DNA from: a virus
Lineage: Duplodnaviria; Caudoviricetes
Virus record (IMG/VR): IMGVR_UViG_2816332336_000005
Span: 32,001 to 96,000 of that record
Direction: 5' to 3' (one strand)
Length of the DNA: 64,000 nt
The notes under the pieces: model-generated
Databases searched by the model: none
Told to the model about the DNA's origin: nothing
The model's input: the letters and a program-made list of their open reading frames with translations, nothing else
Made by a program: the position numbers and the translations under genes
Part shown: positions 28,683 to 37,796 of the stretch, piece after piece
Position numbering within the stretch: position 1 is the stretch's first letter
How the letters are laid out: the number at the start of each line of letters is the position of its first letter

Positions 28683-29606
28683 TTACTTGCGAACTTCTGG
28701 CTTCTTAATGACGCCCTTCAATCGTGCGGCCGCACGAGGGTGGAATACAGCCATACCTGCATACCATTCGATACGAGTACGGAATACTGGCTTGCTGTCC
28801 AGTTCGCCTAGGTCTCGAACCGATACGCCACCATTCTGTAAGCCGGATACGTACTGCTCTGGTCCAAATCTCACAGCGTAGACAGAGCCTGTATCCTTTG
28901 CAGTACCAACCGTCTCATTAAAGCCAAGGATTTCATTACCGGATTGGTCTGTTTCAACGGTACGGATCGGGATGCCATAGTACGTAGATACAGGACGACC
29001 AAACGCGTCTGCTCCGTTTTCGATATAGTGAGTAGATTCGCGTAAAAGCTTGTTAAATTCTCGGCGCATCGCTTTCGACACAAACAATGCGCTAGGATCA
29101 CCCTCCACAGCGTCAATTAGTTCGTCGATCATGTCTTGTGTGAGGTTGGCACCGTTCTCACCGGCTGAAATAACTTGACCGCCAGACAGTCGTTTTTTCA
29201 AGCCATCAAACCCCTTTGCGTCCACTGCTTGGTCGCCATTGAAAAATTGATTCGTGATAGCTAGCGACAAAGCTTTGGCTTTCATTTCGGTATGAATCGC
29301 GCGAACATCGTTGATATTACTGCGAGTCTGCACAATAAATCTGTCAACGTCCACGTCACCACCCGCGATGTACAGTTTCTCAGACGCAGGATTGATGATA
29401 CCTGTAGACTCATTGTAGCCTTCGTTTACATCACGAAAACCAATGCCCGGTAGAGCACCCTCTTGATTGTACGCGTACGCATTACCTGCGATTTCCATAA
29501 ACGGCAGCAATTCAAGAATGGATGAGGTACGAGCGAATGTTTCAATAACTCCGCGTTGTAGTGTATCTTGGGATAATTTCGAAGCTTCTAGTAGGGTCAA
29601 AGACAT
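28683..29606 (-). CDS. Major capsid protein
   Basis: MSLTLLEASKL..., ILELLPF, GGDVDVDRFI, FDGLKKRL, AAARLKGV. Confidence 0.92.
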   Translation of the reverse strand: MSLTLLEASKLSQDTLQRGVIETFARTSSILELLPFMEIAGNAYAYNQEGALPGIGFRDVNEGYNESTGIINPASEKLYIAGGDVDVDRFIVQTRSNINDVRAIHTEMKAKALSLAITNQFFNGDQAVDAKGFDGLKKRLSGGQVISAGENGANLTQDMIDELIDAVEGDPSALFVSKAMRREFNKLLRESTHYIENGADAFGRPVSTYYGIPIRTVETDQSGNEILGFNETVGTAKDTGSVYAVRFGPEQYVSGLQNGGVSVRDLGELDSKPVFRTRIEWYAGMAVFHPRAAARLKGVIKKPEVRK

Positions 29607-29643
29607 AAATTAAACATCTCCTTTAGTAGTTTTTTTGGAAAAT

Positions 29644-29669
29644 AAAAAGACACCCTCATTTGGGTGCCT
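29644..29669 (-). terminator. Hairpin between scaffold and capsid genes
   Basis: GGCACCC-AAATGA-GGGTGTC followed by TTTTT on the minus strand. Confidence 0.5.
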
Positions 29670-29670
29670 C

Positions 29671-30246
29671 TTATTTAGAGGAGCCGTAGCCCGCTTTAAT
29701 TAATTGAATAGGGGAAAGCTTACTTAGGTCAGGCTTCTGTTGATCAGGCGTATTTGTATCCCCGCCAATCTGCTCCTGTTTCTTCCTTGCAAACAACCCC
29801 TTTTTCTCTGCTGTATTAATCCATTCAAGTTTTTGTTCGATCGTAAAATCTTTCGGAATTAAATCGTGTAACTCTTCTGGTATAGTTGAAATCTTTGTTT
29901 CGAACATCTGTTGAAGTATTGACTCTAGTTGCTGTACGCGTTGCTCTTGTGATTCTGCTTTAACTTTAAAGTCTTCTGCCTGTTTTGTGCTTTCTTGATA
30001 GAGACGTTCAAACTCGCCCTTCTTTTCAGCTTCTTCTTTTTCTTGTGTTTCTTTCTCTTTTAAAATCTCCTCTAGCTGTTTTTGTGTTTCACGATAACGG
30101 TTATTTACGTCATCGAATCTACTTTTTGGGATAAACTTTTCTTCCTGTTTCTTATCTTGGGGTTCTTGCTGCCCTTCTACAGATTCGCCCTCTGTTTCTG
30201 CAAAATATTGAAGATTTACGGAAAAAGGAAATAGTAACTTTTTCAT
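29671..30246 (-). CDS. Capsid scaffolding protein
   Basis: NLQYFAE leader, IPKSRFDDVN, charged coiled coil. Confidence 0.85.
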   Translation of the reverse strand: MKKLLFPFSVNLQYFAETEGESVEGQQEPQDKKQEEKFIPKSRFDDVNNRYRETQKQLEEILKEKETQEKEEAEKKGEFERLYQESTKQAEDFKVKAESQEQRVQQLESILQQMFETKISTIPEELHDLIPKDFTIEQKLEWINTAEKKGLFARKKQEQIGGDTNTPDQQKPDLSKLSPIQLIKAGYGSSK

Positions 30247-30288
30247 AAACAGTCCTCCTATTCGTGTTTAACGAGCAACGCCTCGATT

Positions 30289-31116
30289 TTATTTTTCCGG
30301 CAATCGTATCGGCGTGACCACATGCCTGCAACGTGGATGAAATATCTCTCGACTACCTATAAGGTTTCCGATATACGGGTAATCTCCCGGGGCATCCGGC
30401 ATTAGTTTGACGATACGTCCTTCCCAACTACGGCAAGCATCCTTCGCCCCATGACCGGAAATACGACCGTAATATGTTTCGCGCTCAACCGCTTCATTTA
30501 TCGTCGCTTCTATTTGTGTCCGCATCATCTTCGTACGAACAACGGTGTCAACGTAAACTTCCGGCTTCCAGCGCCGACCAGCCGCATCAATTATGCCTGT
30601 TTCAACAGATCGCCCTAGCGTCTTTCTAATGTCCGAAAGGATATCGCGACTAATCGTACGCCTACCGTTAGTGCCTCGTGCCATATTCGCACGCATGGCC
30701 TCTGCGGTAGCCCTCCGGATTGCTAGTCGAACCTCTCTATGAACTCGTTTCGTAACTTCGAGTAGGTCCGATTGTGTATCAGCTATGGCTGACGCTACCA
30801 ACCGCTTATTCAGCGTGCCGAATTTAGCGAGGGCCAACGCTTCGCTGACCGTACCAACGGATTCAAGAGCCACGAGACTTTCCGCGACGCCATACTCGAC
30901 CGCCTTCGTAATGCTTACGTTAATCCATTCGGTGGTTTCTTCGTTTAACTCCGTGAGAATTTGTGTAATCTTTGCTACGAGCGCCTTCTCCCTTGTGTAA
31001 GAGACGTCTGTTACGTTAAGCCGTTCTAGTTCGCGCATAATGTCGTTCAATGCACGCTTGTACGCGGTGACTAGACGCTCAATATCGTAATCGTACTGAG
31101 TCTGAGGTCCATTCAT
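30289..31116 (-). CDS. Minor capsid/head morphogenesis protein
   Basis: IIDAAGRRWKPEVY, HGAKDACRSWEG, FHPRCRH. Confidence 0.85.
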   Translation of the reverse strand: MNGPQTQYDYDIERLVTAYKRALNDIMRELERLNVTDVSYTREKALVAKITQILTELNEETTEWINVSITKAVEYGVAESLVALESVGTVSEALALAKFGTLNKRLVASAIADTQSDLLEVTKRVHREVRLAIRRATAEAMRANMARGTNGRRTISRDILSDIRKTLGRSVETGIIDAAGRRWKPEVYVDTVVRTKMMRTQIEATINEAVERETYYGRISGHGAKDACRSWEGRIVKLMPDAPGDYPYIGNLIGSREIFHPRCRHVVTPIRLPEK

Positions 31117-32588
31117 TACTTGTCATCACCGCTTTTTTCGGACTCGTTGAACACTGACGGGTCCACGAACTCTTGCTCCGATTTAATACGAGCCATCTCT
31201 TCGTCTACTTGCTCCTCAGTCAATCCGTCGAGAAGCTTAATAGCTGTACGTTGGCTAATCGTTGGCATTCCGGCCGTTCTTATACTCATTAGGTTGGCCT
31301 GCTCCATTTCATCATCAGGCAATCCGTCTTTAAAATTGATCTTAGGCCATGTCGGGGTGTAGTTTAGCTTTTCCGTAGATTGCGCGTGTTCTAGTAGCTG
31401 TGCGATGTACAATACGTTTTTAAGTCCTTTGTCATAGTACTGACGTTTACGGTTTATCTTCGCGAGCAGACTATTCATACGCCACTTGATTGATAGTCCC
31501 GAAGAACCGGACGTACCACTATTGTCTTTTCCTAACGCTACAGCAGGTAGTTCAGCAACCGTTAAAAGAACGTCGAGTATCCTTTCGATTTCTTTAAAGG
31601 CCGCGTCCAGTTGCCCATCCCAAGTGATGTACTTAGGCATTACGTCGTCCTTCCCTGTAATCTCGAATACCTTTAGGCTACCAACGTGAAAAACTGTTCG
31701 ACCGTCCTCGTCCACGTCCATCAAGCCCGCCGGAATAGCGATTGCAGGATCGGCATGTTTATCGAGAATTACCGCGATTTGACTGAGGCGGTTGTTTAAC
31801 TCATCGAATAGTGATAGGTGTTCCGAGAGATCATCCAATCCACGCCACGAGTCGTCGTAAGCGAAGTTTGGTACGTGTACAACCAACGGAAAAGGCACGC
31901 CGGTTTTGATTTCTTTGTGAGACTCCGTAACCTCAGCGTAAATCTTCCAACTGATTACCTCGTTATCCTCATTGGTAGAGAGTGCGTTCATTCGGTATTC
32001 TCTTTTAATTATCTTCCCGGGATAATGAGACTCTACTTCAAGGAACCACTCTACGCCCTCAGACCCGTCAGCAGGAACCGGAACAGCGATATGATAGGCC
32101 GCGATCTGCTTCGAGCTACCGCGTAAGGTCTCGGGAAACACATACGCTGGATTCTGCGATTCAATTATGACCCGATAGGGGTCGATGTCCTCCGGCAAAG
32201 CGCCACGCCATGTCTGAGCCCACTTAATCTTGTAGAACGAATCCCCCCGGTAAGCATTTCCGATTGCAGATTCATAATTCACAATGTGCAAATCGTTCTC
32301 CTCGATAAAGCGCTCGACAGCCTTTTGTTCCTCCGAATTCTCTTTCCCTGCGCTAATATTCGGCGTTTCTCCGAATAAAAAATCCGCACTCTTCTTAGCA
32401 ATGACGCCCGGAAGATTTGCGGATATGTAGATAATGTCGCGTTGGGTTTTAGATAATCGGTTGCTTACGCGTTCGAATACATCGTGGTGTAACCCCTGTG
32501 CTAGTTTACGGTTGTCACGATACCTCTTGATACGCTTGTCATGCGGGTGTGGTGGGTAATAGTCACCGATTTTAAACAGACGTCTCAC
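31116..32588 (-). CDS. Portal protein (SPP1 gp6/A118-like)
   Basis: KSADFLFGE, YITWDGQL, SGLSIKW, FKDGLPDD; true start may be CTG at 32579. Confidence 0.9.
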   Translation of the reverse strand: MRRLFKIGDYYPPHPHDKRIKRYRDNRKLAQGLHHDVFERVSNRLSKTQRDIIYISANLPGVIAKKSADFLFGETPNISAGKENSEEQKAVERFIEENDLHIVNYESAIGNAYRGDSFYKIKWAQTWRGALPEDIDPYRVIIESQNPAYVFPETLRGSSKQIAAYHIAVPVPADGSEGVEWFLEVESHYPGKIIKREYRMNALSTNEDNEVISWKIYAEVTESHKEIKTGVPFPLVVHVPNFAYDDSWRGLDDLSEHLSLFDELNNRLSQIAVILDKHADPAIAIPAGLMDVDEDGRTVFHVGSLKVFEITGKDDVMPKYITWDGQLDAAFKEIERILDVLLTVAELPAVALGKDNSGTSGSSGLSIKWRMNSLLAKINRKRQYYDKGLKNVLYIAQLLEHAQSTEKLNYTPTWPKINFKDGLPDDEMEQANLMSIRTAGMPTISQRTAIKLLDGLTEEQVDEEMARIKSEQEFVDPSVFNESEKSGDDK

Positions 32589-32593
32589 CTCCG

Positions 32594-34339
32594 TTATAAT
32601 CCGTTAGGTTTCGTATAAAACACGCGTGCTTTGCGTCGCGTACCACCGGCAATGTCGACAGCTCCCGCGAGTGCATCCGGTAAATCATCGTGAGTGGCTC
32701 CCGGAAAGTGTTCTAGCTGCTCACTCAACAAACGATGATCACGATTAAATCGTAAAAAGCCGTTTTCAACTAACGGTTCTAGCGCTTCAATACGCTCTTC
32801 TTTTTTCTTTCGGGTTACAATCGGCTTCAATCTCGTACCGTAGACACGTTCCTTCGCAAGCCGTTCCTGTAGCTGTCGGTATAAATCGTGCTGTGCCCCT
32901 ACGGTCTCGACGCCAAATACGCGATGGCCGTACCGTTTTATGATTTCAACGGCTTCTCCTAACGCGATATGTGCCGGACACTTCTTCGCCCACGCCTCTA
33001 TTACGTACATAACGCCCGTCCTTCGATCGCGTCCAATAGTGACGATTGCATTGTAGTCGGACCGATTTGATTTACCGAACGCCATATCCCAAAACGCATA
33101 GTAATCTAGCGACGTGTCTACCAGATCGGACGCGTCATAGTAACGAAATTTGTCTGGTACAAATATCTGCGATTCTTCGTCGATGGGCTGATTTTGGTAC
33201 TCGGTAGAAAACGCCTTTGACCCATTGTCCCACTTCCACGTCATCAGCTTCCATAAAGGCTGAACATCCGGCCATAAGACGCGAGCTCCTAAATCCATCT
33301 CTGATTTGTTAGCAAGATAAAACTCTTCGGCTAGGGCGGCCCTATCTGGATTCTCCGCGTTCAAATAAATAGCTCGACACTGCTCCCATAGGTCAGTACG
33401 TTCCGGCTCCTCTATCAATGCTTTAAAGAGTCTCGATTTGAAGTCGGCACGTTCATGGAGTACGTAGCGTAATAATGATTCCGCATGAACCATTGTTCCC
33501 ATAAATACCAATGCGGTCTTTTTACCTTCGGGGTCACCAAGTGGCGTCACTGTCTGCGTAAACCAATCGCGTAGCTCTTGTCTTAGTTCGGCCGTATTCG
33601 TATTCTTTTTCGATTCTAAGTCGTCACAGACGATTAGGTCCGGCCTATATCCATTCCAGTTACGGCCGCGTAACGCCTGTCCCGTAGACGCCGCTTGAAC
33701 AAGCGTTAGCAGTCGCTGTTCTTCGTTCTCTCGTTGCTCCCACGCGATAAACTCCGAAGTATTATCCCGAGGATTTACCTGTTGTTTCGGGTGTAGTAAG
33801 TGCCCGAAATCAGCTCGTAGTTTTGCGTTAGATTTTAGCTGATTCGCGAGCCAGTCTAAGTTAGCCGTTGCTACGGACGGTGTTTCTGATATGATGATGA
33901 TGTATTTACGTTTACGGAATACGATTTCGTGTAATGGGAACGCCTTTGATAGATACGATGATTTTGCGTGAGACCGGGGCGCCGCCCATCCGATCTTTGC
34001 ATTTACCTCGTGCATAGATACCGTGTTCATAATCGCGCACAATTCGTGGTGGAACTCCGGGGCCTTGTCGATGGTTACCGGTATCCAGTTGCCCGAATTA
34101 TCTGGGTTATAGTGCTCACCGAAATACTCGTACGCGAAGTAAAGTAGATCGACCTCGGCTCGGTGGATGCGTGCTAAGCGTTTAATCTCCGTTAGCCATG
34201 TCCGTAATTGTACGGCTTCATCGGCTGTTATCGTGTCATTATCGAGCTTTTTACGGAGCTTTACCGTACCCACTCGAAGCATGTCAATTAGTTCTTGTCG
34301 CTGATCTCGCGTCAACCACTTACCGTTAACCCATGCGAT
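32594..34339 (-). CDS. Terminase large subunit
   Basis: APRSHAKS Walker A, LIVCDDLE Walker B, WDMA, HDDLPDAL; the frame extends to ATC at 34339 behind an SD. Confidence 0.92.
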   Translation of the reverse strand: MAWVNGKWLTRDQRQELIDMLRVGTVKLRKKLDNDTITADEAVQLRTWLTEIKRLARIHRAEVDLLYFAYEYFGEHYNPDNSGNWIPVTIDKAPEFHHELCAIMNTVSMHEVNAKIGWAAPRSHAKSSYLSKAFPLHEIVFRKRKYIIIISETPSVATANLDWLANQLKSNAKLRADFGHLLHPKQQVNPRDNTSEFIAWEQRENEEQRLLTLVQAASTGQALRGRNWNGYRPDLIVCDDLESKKNTNTAELRQELRDWFTQTVTPLGDPEGKKTALVFMGTMVHAESLLRYVLHERADFKSRLFKALIEEPERTDLWEQCRAIYLNAENPDRAALAEEFYLANKSEMDLGARVLWPDVQPLWKLMTWKWDNGSKAFSTEYQNQPIDEESQIFVPDKFRYYDASDLVDTSLDYYAFWDMAFGKSNRSDYNAIVTIGRDRRTGVMYVIEAWAKKCPAHIALGEAVEIIKRYGHRVFGVETVGAQHDLYRQLQERLAKERVYGTRLKPIVTRKKKEERIEALEPLVENGFLRFNRDHRLLSEQLEHFPGATHDDLPDALAGAVDIAGGTRRKARVFYTKPNGL

Positions 34340-34843
34340 AGGGCATCGTCTCCTTTCGTGTGATCACCGGAAACACAAAAAGGCCACCGATTAGGCAGTT
34401 CGGTAGCCATGCGTCTGTTTCCGATTTTCAAAGTTAATTTTTGATACGCGGATTTTTCGGACACCTGACGGGAGAAAAGACCGGGGTGCCAGGGGTGGGG
34501 TACCCCTCACAATTTCGTTATACATTTCGTTGCATAACGCAGTTAACATAACAGAGGTAATCGGACTCAGCCCGGTTTCAAGAACGTTGTAGTGGCGGGC
34601 TTCATCGGAGGCACGTTTTTTATCGTTTATGCACCGTATATACAAACCGCATACCTACGCCATTTTTAGCGTGTGCCCATCCGGTCATTTCCCGCCTAAA
34701 TTACGCGAATATACATCGTTTATGCATCCCCGTTGAAAAGTTTCGGAGGGGTCGCGCGCCGGGCGGTCGCAGTTGATGTACGTGTACTTCTCATGAAACC
34801 GACTGCATCCGTCCAAACGCGTACCTTCATTATATGGCGCCTT

Positions 34844-35218
34844 CTATTCGTCCATTTCAGCTACCATGCGTTTCAGCTCGTCAATGTCCGGCACCTCTCC
34901 GTTAGCCTTCGTCTCGACTTCGACCTTATCCGTAAGCAATCCGACCTGCTGGAACAGCAGCTTAGCCGCCGCCGCGTTCCCGTCCTTGACTGCCGTGTCA
35001 AACATCGCTTTATTCACCGCAGGTATCATGTCGCGTACATTACGCCTCATCCGCGCTATAAGTTCCTTTTCGAACGCGCTATCGTTCTTCCAATTGTAAA
35101 TTGTACGTTCGCTCACGTTACATTCCTTCGCGATCTCAGCGACTGTCTTGCCGCCTTGTTGTGGCTGTGCTAGATAGCCTATCGCGATGTACTGTTCGGT
35201 TGTTAATCGTTTAGCCAT
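34844..35218 (-). CDS. Terminase small subunit, phBC6A51-type HTH
   Basis: LTTEQYIAI..., EIAKECNVSERTIYNWK, GNAAAAKLLFQ. Confidence 0.8.
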   Translation of the reverse strand: MAKRLTTEQYIAIGYLAQPQQGGKTVAEIAKECNVSERTIYNWKNDSAFEKELIARMRRNVRDMIPAVNKAMFDTAVKDGNAAAAKLLFQQVGLLTDKVEVETKANGEVPDIDELKRMVAEMDE

Positions 35219-35245
35219 CGGTTTTATCCGTCTCCTTTCCGTTAT

Positions 35246-35371
35246 TTATCTATATGGCCCGTTACGGAAGCTCCACAAGAACAGGCCGCCTACAAACGCT
35301 AAAGCTAACGTGCCTAATCCGATAGGTACTCCGATAAGCCAAACAGTCCACATCGGTATAGTAAACGTCAT
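35246..35371 (-). CDS. Small single-TM membrane protein (41 aa)
   Basis: SD AAAGGAG, MTFTIPMWTVWLIGVPIGLGTLALAFVGGLFLWSF. Confidence 0.65.
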   Translation of the reverse strand: MTFTIPMWTVWLIGVPIGLGTLALAFVGGLFLWSFRNGPYR

Positions 35372-35523
35372 GCACGCGGTCTCCTTTCGTCTCAATAAGA
35401 AATAACGCGGAACCATCGAGTGGCGCCGCATCTACATTTGGGTAAAACGCCCCCGTCAATTCGTCCAATCAGGACGGGACGTATAGTCATTTACTATAAA
35501 AGGCGCGTTACTTTAATGAGGGA

Positions 35524-35793
35524 GTGAAGACATTGAAAAGAAAAGGTAACAAGAAATGCATTCAACACGTACAGTATGACGGGTATCCAAATCCATACGA
35601 TCCTTATTTCTTACCATACCCTTACTCTTATCCACACCGATCAAGAGACGATGTAGACCACGGTATATGTACCCAAGATTATTACGACTGCTTACGCGAT
35701 TGCCGACAGATGCCCGATCCTTATTCTGACTGCCGATCCCAGTGCAGAGCTCAGTATCACTATTGTTTAAACCAGATCAGACACTATCGCTAG
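35524..35793 (+). CDS. Cys/Tyr/Pro-rich small protein (moron)
   Basis: Opposite strand, SD GAGGGAG, hairpin terminator at ~35796-35833. Confidence 0.65.
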   Translation: MKTLKRKGNKKCIQHVQYDGYPNPYDPYFLPYPYSYPHRSRDDVDHGICTQDYYDCLRDCRQMPDPYSDCRSQCRAQYHYCLNQIRHYR

Positions 35794-36016
35794 AGTAGAT
35801 AGGGCAGCTTGAAGCGAAGAGTTGCCTTATCTACATACTCCTTCAAATATGATTTTATTAAATGTACTTACTATACTTAGGTCGCGTTTATTTATCTCCC
35901 TTTATATCTATCTTTTATATAAAGTGACAGCGCGATAGAAGGAACGTAGTGACTGATTGATGCGCTATCTTTTTAAGTCTTATTAATAAGTCTAAGTACA
36001 TAAGTCTTATTTACCT

Positions 36017-36079
36017 GTAAAATTTACCGTAACGTTCCGGTAAAAATTACTGTAACGTACCCGTAAAATTTACCGTAAC
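36017..36079. repeat. Three 17-bp iterons with 23-bp period; putative origin of prophage B
   Basis: GTAAAA(T/A)TTAC(C/T)GTAAC at 36017, 36040 and 36063, next to AT-rich TAAGTC repeats. Confidence 0.75.
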
Positions 36080-36496
36080 ACTTTCTGACCGTCTTCTCTC
36101 ACGCATTCTCGCCATGTTATCGGCCGATCGTCTTCTTTCCGCATCACGTCCGGCAAGTCTTCGTTTATACTCTCGTTCTGCCTCCGGGTATCTCTCGAAT
36201 AGCTCCTCTAGGCTCGATACGGGATCAACCGGAACGAACAACTTCTTCGCGCCGTCCATGTGGGTACGTAGTAAGCCATATTCCTCGAGGACATCTAAGT
36301 GTTCCCCCGTAGTCTTTGCGGTCTTCCCGTAATGGAAAGCGAGCGTGTCCACGTTAGGCCAAGCGTAGCCTTCCTCGACGTTGTAGTAATGCGTCAGTAG
36401 CCCGTAGAGTGTCGTCATCTCCGCCTTATACTTCGGCAGAAACGTGTAATAAAATAACATGAAATGCGGTGTCTTTACGAATCTTTCTCCGTTCAC
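36047..36496 (-). CDS. Winged-helix replication-initiator-like protein
   Basis: LYGLL...GYAWPNVDTLA...HLDVLEEYGLL HTH; iterons overlap its 3' end. Confidence 0.75.
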   Translation of the reverse strand: MNGERFVKTPHFMLFYYTFLPKYKAEMTTLYGLLTHYYNVEEGYAWPNVDTLAFHYGKTAKTTGEHLDVLEEYGLLRTHMDGAKKLFVPVDPVSSLEELFERYPEAEREYKRRLAGRDAERRRSADNMARMRERRRSESVTVNFTGTLQ

Positions 36497-36526
36497 TTAA
36501 CGTCACATCCCTATATAATTTTCGAC

Positions 36527-36742
36527 TTAACCTTGTGGCTTATTACGTTCGTACTCCGCGAGAGAGCCGTCTAGCTTATCGTCGCGTCGGTATTGCCAGA
36601 ACTTACGGAGTGTTTTTTCGTGAAGGCCCGAGCAGATATATCGCAGACCCTTACGTTTCAAGAACTCGTACAGATTAGGGGAATAGCAATAAAAATACTC
36701 ACGGGAATTATCCTCGTGAGCTCTCGTCAGTGATCCGTTCAT
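36527..36742 (-). CDS. Phage hypothetical protein (DUF5659-like)
   Basis: FYCYSPNLYEFL...KFWQY. Confidence 0.65.
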   Translation of the reverse strand: MNGSLTRAHEDNSREYFYCYSPNLYEFLKRKGLRYICSGLHEKTLRKFWQYRRDDKLDGSLAEYERNKPQG

Positions 36743-36998
36743 TTACCGTCACCTTCCGTATGGGATTTAATGTATCAAGAACCATTGCGCCGATTTGATA
36801 GTGCGATCTGTATATAAATAAACCTCGAAGCCAGTCGCAAATCTGGGGCGTAATAATATCTGCAAATTCCTTTCGCCAGTCATCCGGCATACCTCGTAAG
36901 TAATCGACATTGTAGCCGCGATCTTCTATGAACAGTTCGATTGTCCTGACCGTAGTAAAATTATGTTCTTTAATGCCGCCATAGTTCAGAGATAACAC
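36708..36998 (-). CDS. Phage hypothetical protein
   Basis: ORF within the operon, with SD. Confidence 0.6.
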   Translation of the reverse strand: MLSLNYGGIKEHNFTTVRTIELFIEDRGYNVDYLRGMPDDWRKEFADIITPQICDWLRGLFIYRSHYQIGAMVLDTLNPIRKVTVNERITDESSRG

Positions 36999-37005
36999 CC
37001 TCCCG

Positions 37006-37206
37006 TTAGCCTATTCGGAACACTAGCGTAATACCAATCGGAGCGTTCGCTTTAATGTATTCGATGGCCTGTAGACGCGGCTCCTCTTCGCCGATTACGG
37101 AAACGACAAGTCTGCCCGGACGTGATGAGTATAGGTACGTATGCACGCAGAAACGTTCGCCTACCTCGTTATACCATTCTCGTGAGCCTGTAACCGTCAA
37201 TTGCAA
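37006..37206 (-). CDS. Phage hypothetical protein
   Basis: TTG start after AGGAGGT. Confidence 0.6.
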   Translation of the reverse strand: MQLTVTGSREWYNEVGERFCVHTYLYSSRPGRLVVSVIGEEEPRLQAIEYIKANAPIGITLVFRIG

Positions 37207-37224
37207 CGACCTCCTATAAAATAG

Positions 37225-37248
37225 AAAAAGCCGCCGGAATTGGCGACT
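37225..37248 (-). terminator. Terminator downstream of the micropeptide array
   Basis: Minus strand AGTCGCC-AATTCC-GGCGGCT-TTTT. Confidence 0.75.
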
Positions 37249-37302
37249 CTCGATTAGTTACTTACTCATATGGTCCGCGTACATCGTGGTAAATGCGGCT
37301 AC

Positions 37303-37359
37303 TTACCAGCCGATTCCACCGTGATCAAAACGACGCTTATTCCAATCTGGTTCTGCCAT
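37303..37359 (-). CDS. Micropeptide 6: MAEPDWNKRRFDHGGIGW
   Basis: SD AAAGGAG, ATG 37359, TAA 37303; paralogous to the other array members. Confidence 0.75.
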   Translation of the reverse strand: MAEPDWNKRRFDHGGIGW

Positions 37360-37376
37360 ATCGTACACTCCTTTGC

Positions 37377-37454
37377 TTAGTGACCGGGGTCATCGACGTA
37401 GCCCGGGTCGTCCGTATTGCAATTACGCTGTACCGCCCATTCTGATTCGGTCAT
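37377..37454 (-). CDS. Micropeptide 5: MTESEWAVQRNCNTDDPGYVDDPGH
   Basis: SD GGAGGAGG, ATG 37454. Confidence 0.8.
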   Translation of the reverse strand: MTESEWAVQRNCNTDDPGYVDDPGH

Positions 37455-37473
37455 ATTGCGAGCCTCCTCCGTT

Positions 37474-37545
37474 TTAGTAGCCGGGATCGTCGATCCAAAC
37501 AACGATACCTTGCGGATTATCAACCCAATTCTTATCGTAAACCAT
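37474..37545 (-). CDS. Micropeptide 4: MVYDKNWVDNPQGIVVWIDDPGY
   Basis: SD GAGGGAGG, ATG 37545. Confidence 0.8.
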   Translation of the reverse strand: MVYDKNWVDNPQGIVVWIDDPGY

Positions 37546-37562
37546 ATCGGTTCCTCCCTCAT

Positions 37563-37619
37563 TTAATGACCCGCATCGTCTAGCCAACCGGGGTCAAAAA
37601 TCCAATCTGGTTCCGTCAT
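37563..37619 (-). CDS. Micropeptide 3: MTEPDWIFDPGWLDDAGH
   Basis: SD GAGGAGGG, ATG 37619. Confidence 0.8.
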   Translation of the reverse strand: MTEPDWIFDPGWLDDAGH

Positions 37620-37637
37620 AGAAAATCCCTCCTCGGT

Positions 37638-37676
37638 TTAATGACCGGGATCATAGTGCCATTCTGGATTAGTCAT
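37638..37676 (-). CDS. Micropeptide 2: MTNPEWHYDPGH
   Basis: SD AAGGAGGT, ATG 37676. Confidence 0.8.
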   Translation of the reverse strand: MTNPEWHYDPGH

Positions 37677-37697
37677 GTCGTGTAACCTCCTTAAATA

Positions 37698-37796
37698 CTA
37701 ATGCCCCGGGTTGTCGGTCCACTTCGGTCCTGCGTCCCAATTAGGGTCTGTGCAGCATTTCCACTCCGGAAAGCTCTCGAAAACTATTTTCATCAT
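37698..37796 (-). CDS. Micropeptide 1: MMKIVFESFPEWKCCTDPNWDAGPKWTDNPGH
   Basis: SD AAGGAGGTG, ATG 37796. Confidence 0.8.
   Translation of the reverse strand: MMKIVFESFPEWKCCTDPNWDAGPKWTDNPGH

Noticed and set aside
15043-32126. Many plus-strand ORFs overlapping structural genes (e.g. 21292..21831, 23575..24141)
   Set aside because: Antisense shadows of well-supported minus-strand genes, with no SDs or motifs
34391-34645. 84-aa ORF between the terminase subunits
   Set aside because: No clear SD or recognisable motif; left uncalled
37377-37562. 61-aa ORF in the track (MREEPIWF...DDPGH)
   Set aside because: Its ATG lacks an SD and it reads across the SD and body of micropeptide 4 in another frame; only the last 25 codons have their own SD
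37303-37796. CRISPR-like or tandem DNA repeat array
   Set aside because: Units vary in length, similarity is at the amino-acid level with synonymous changes, and there are no cas genes
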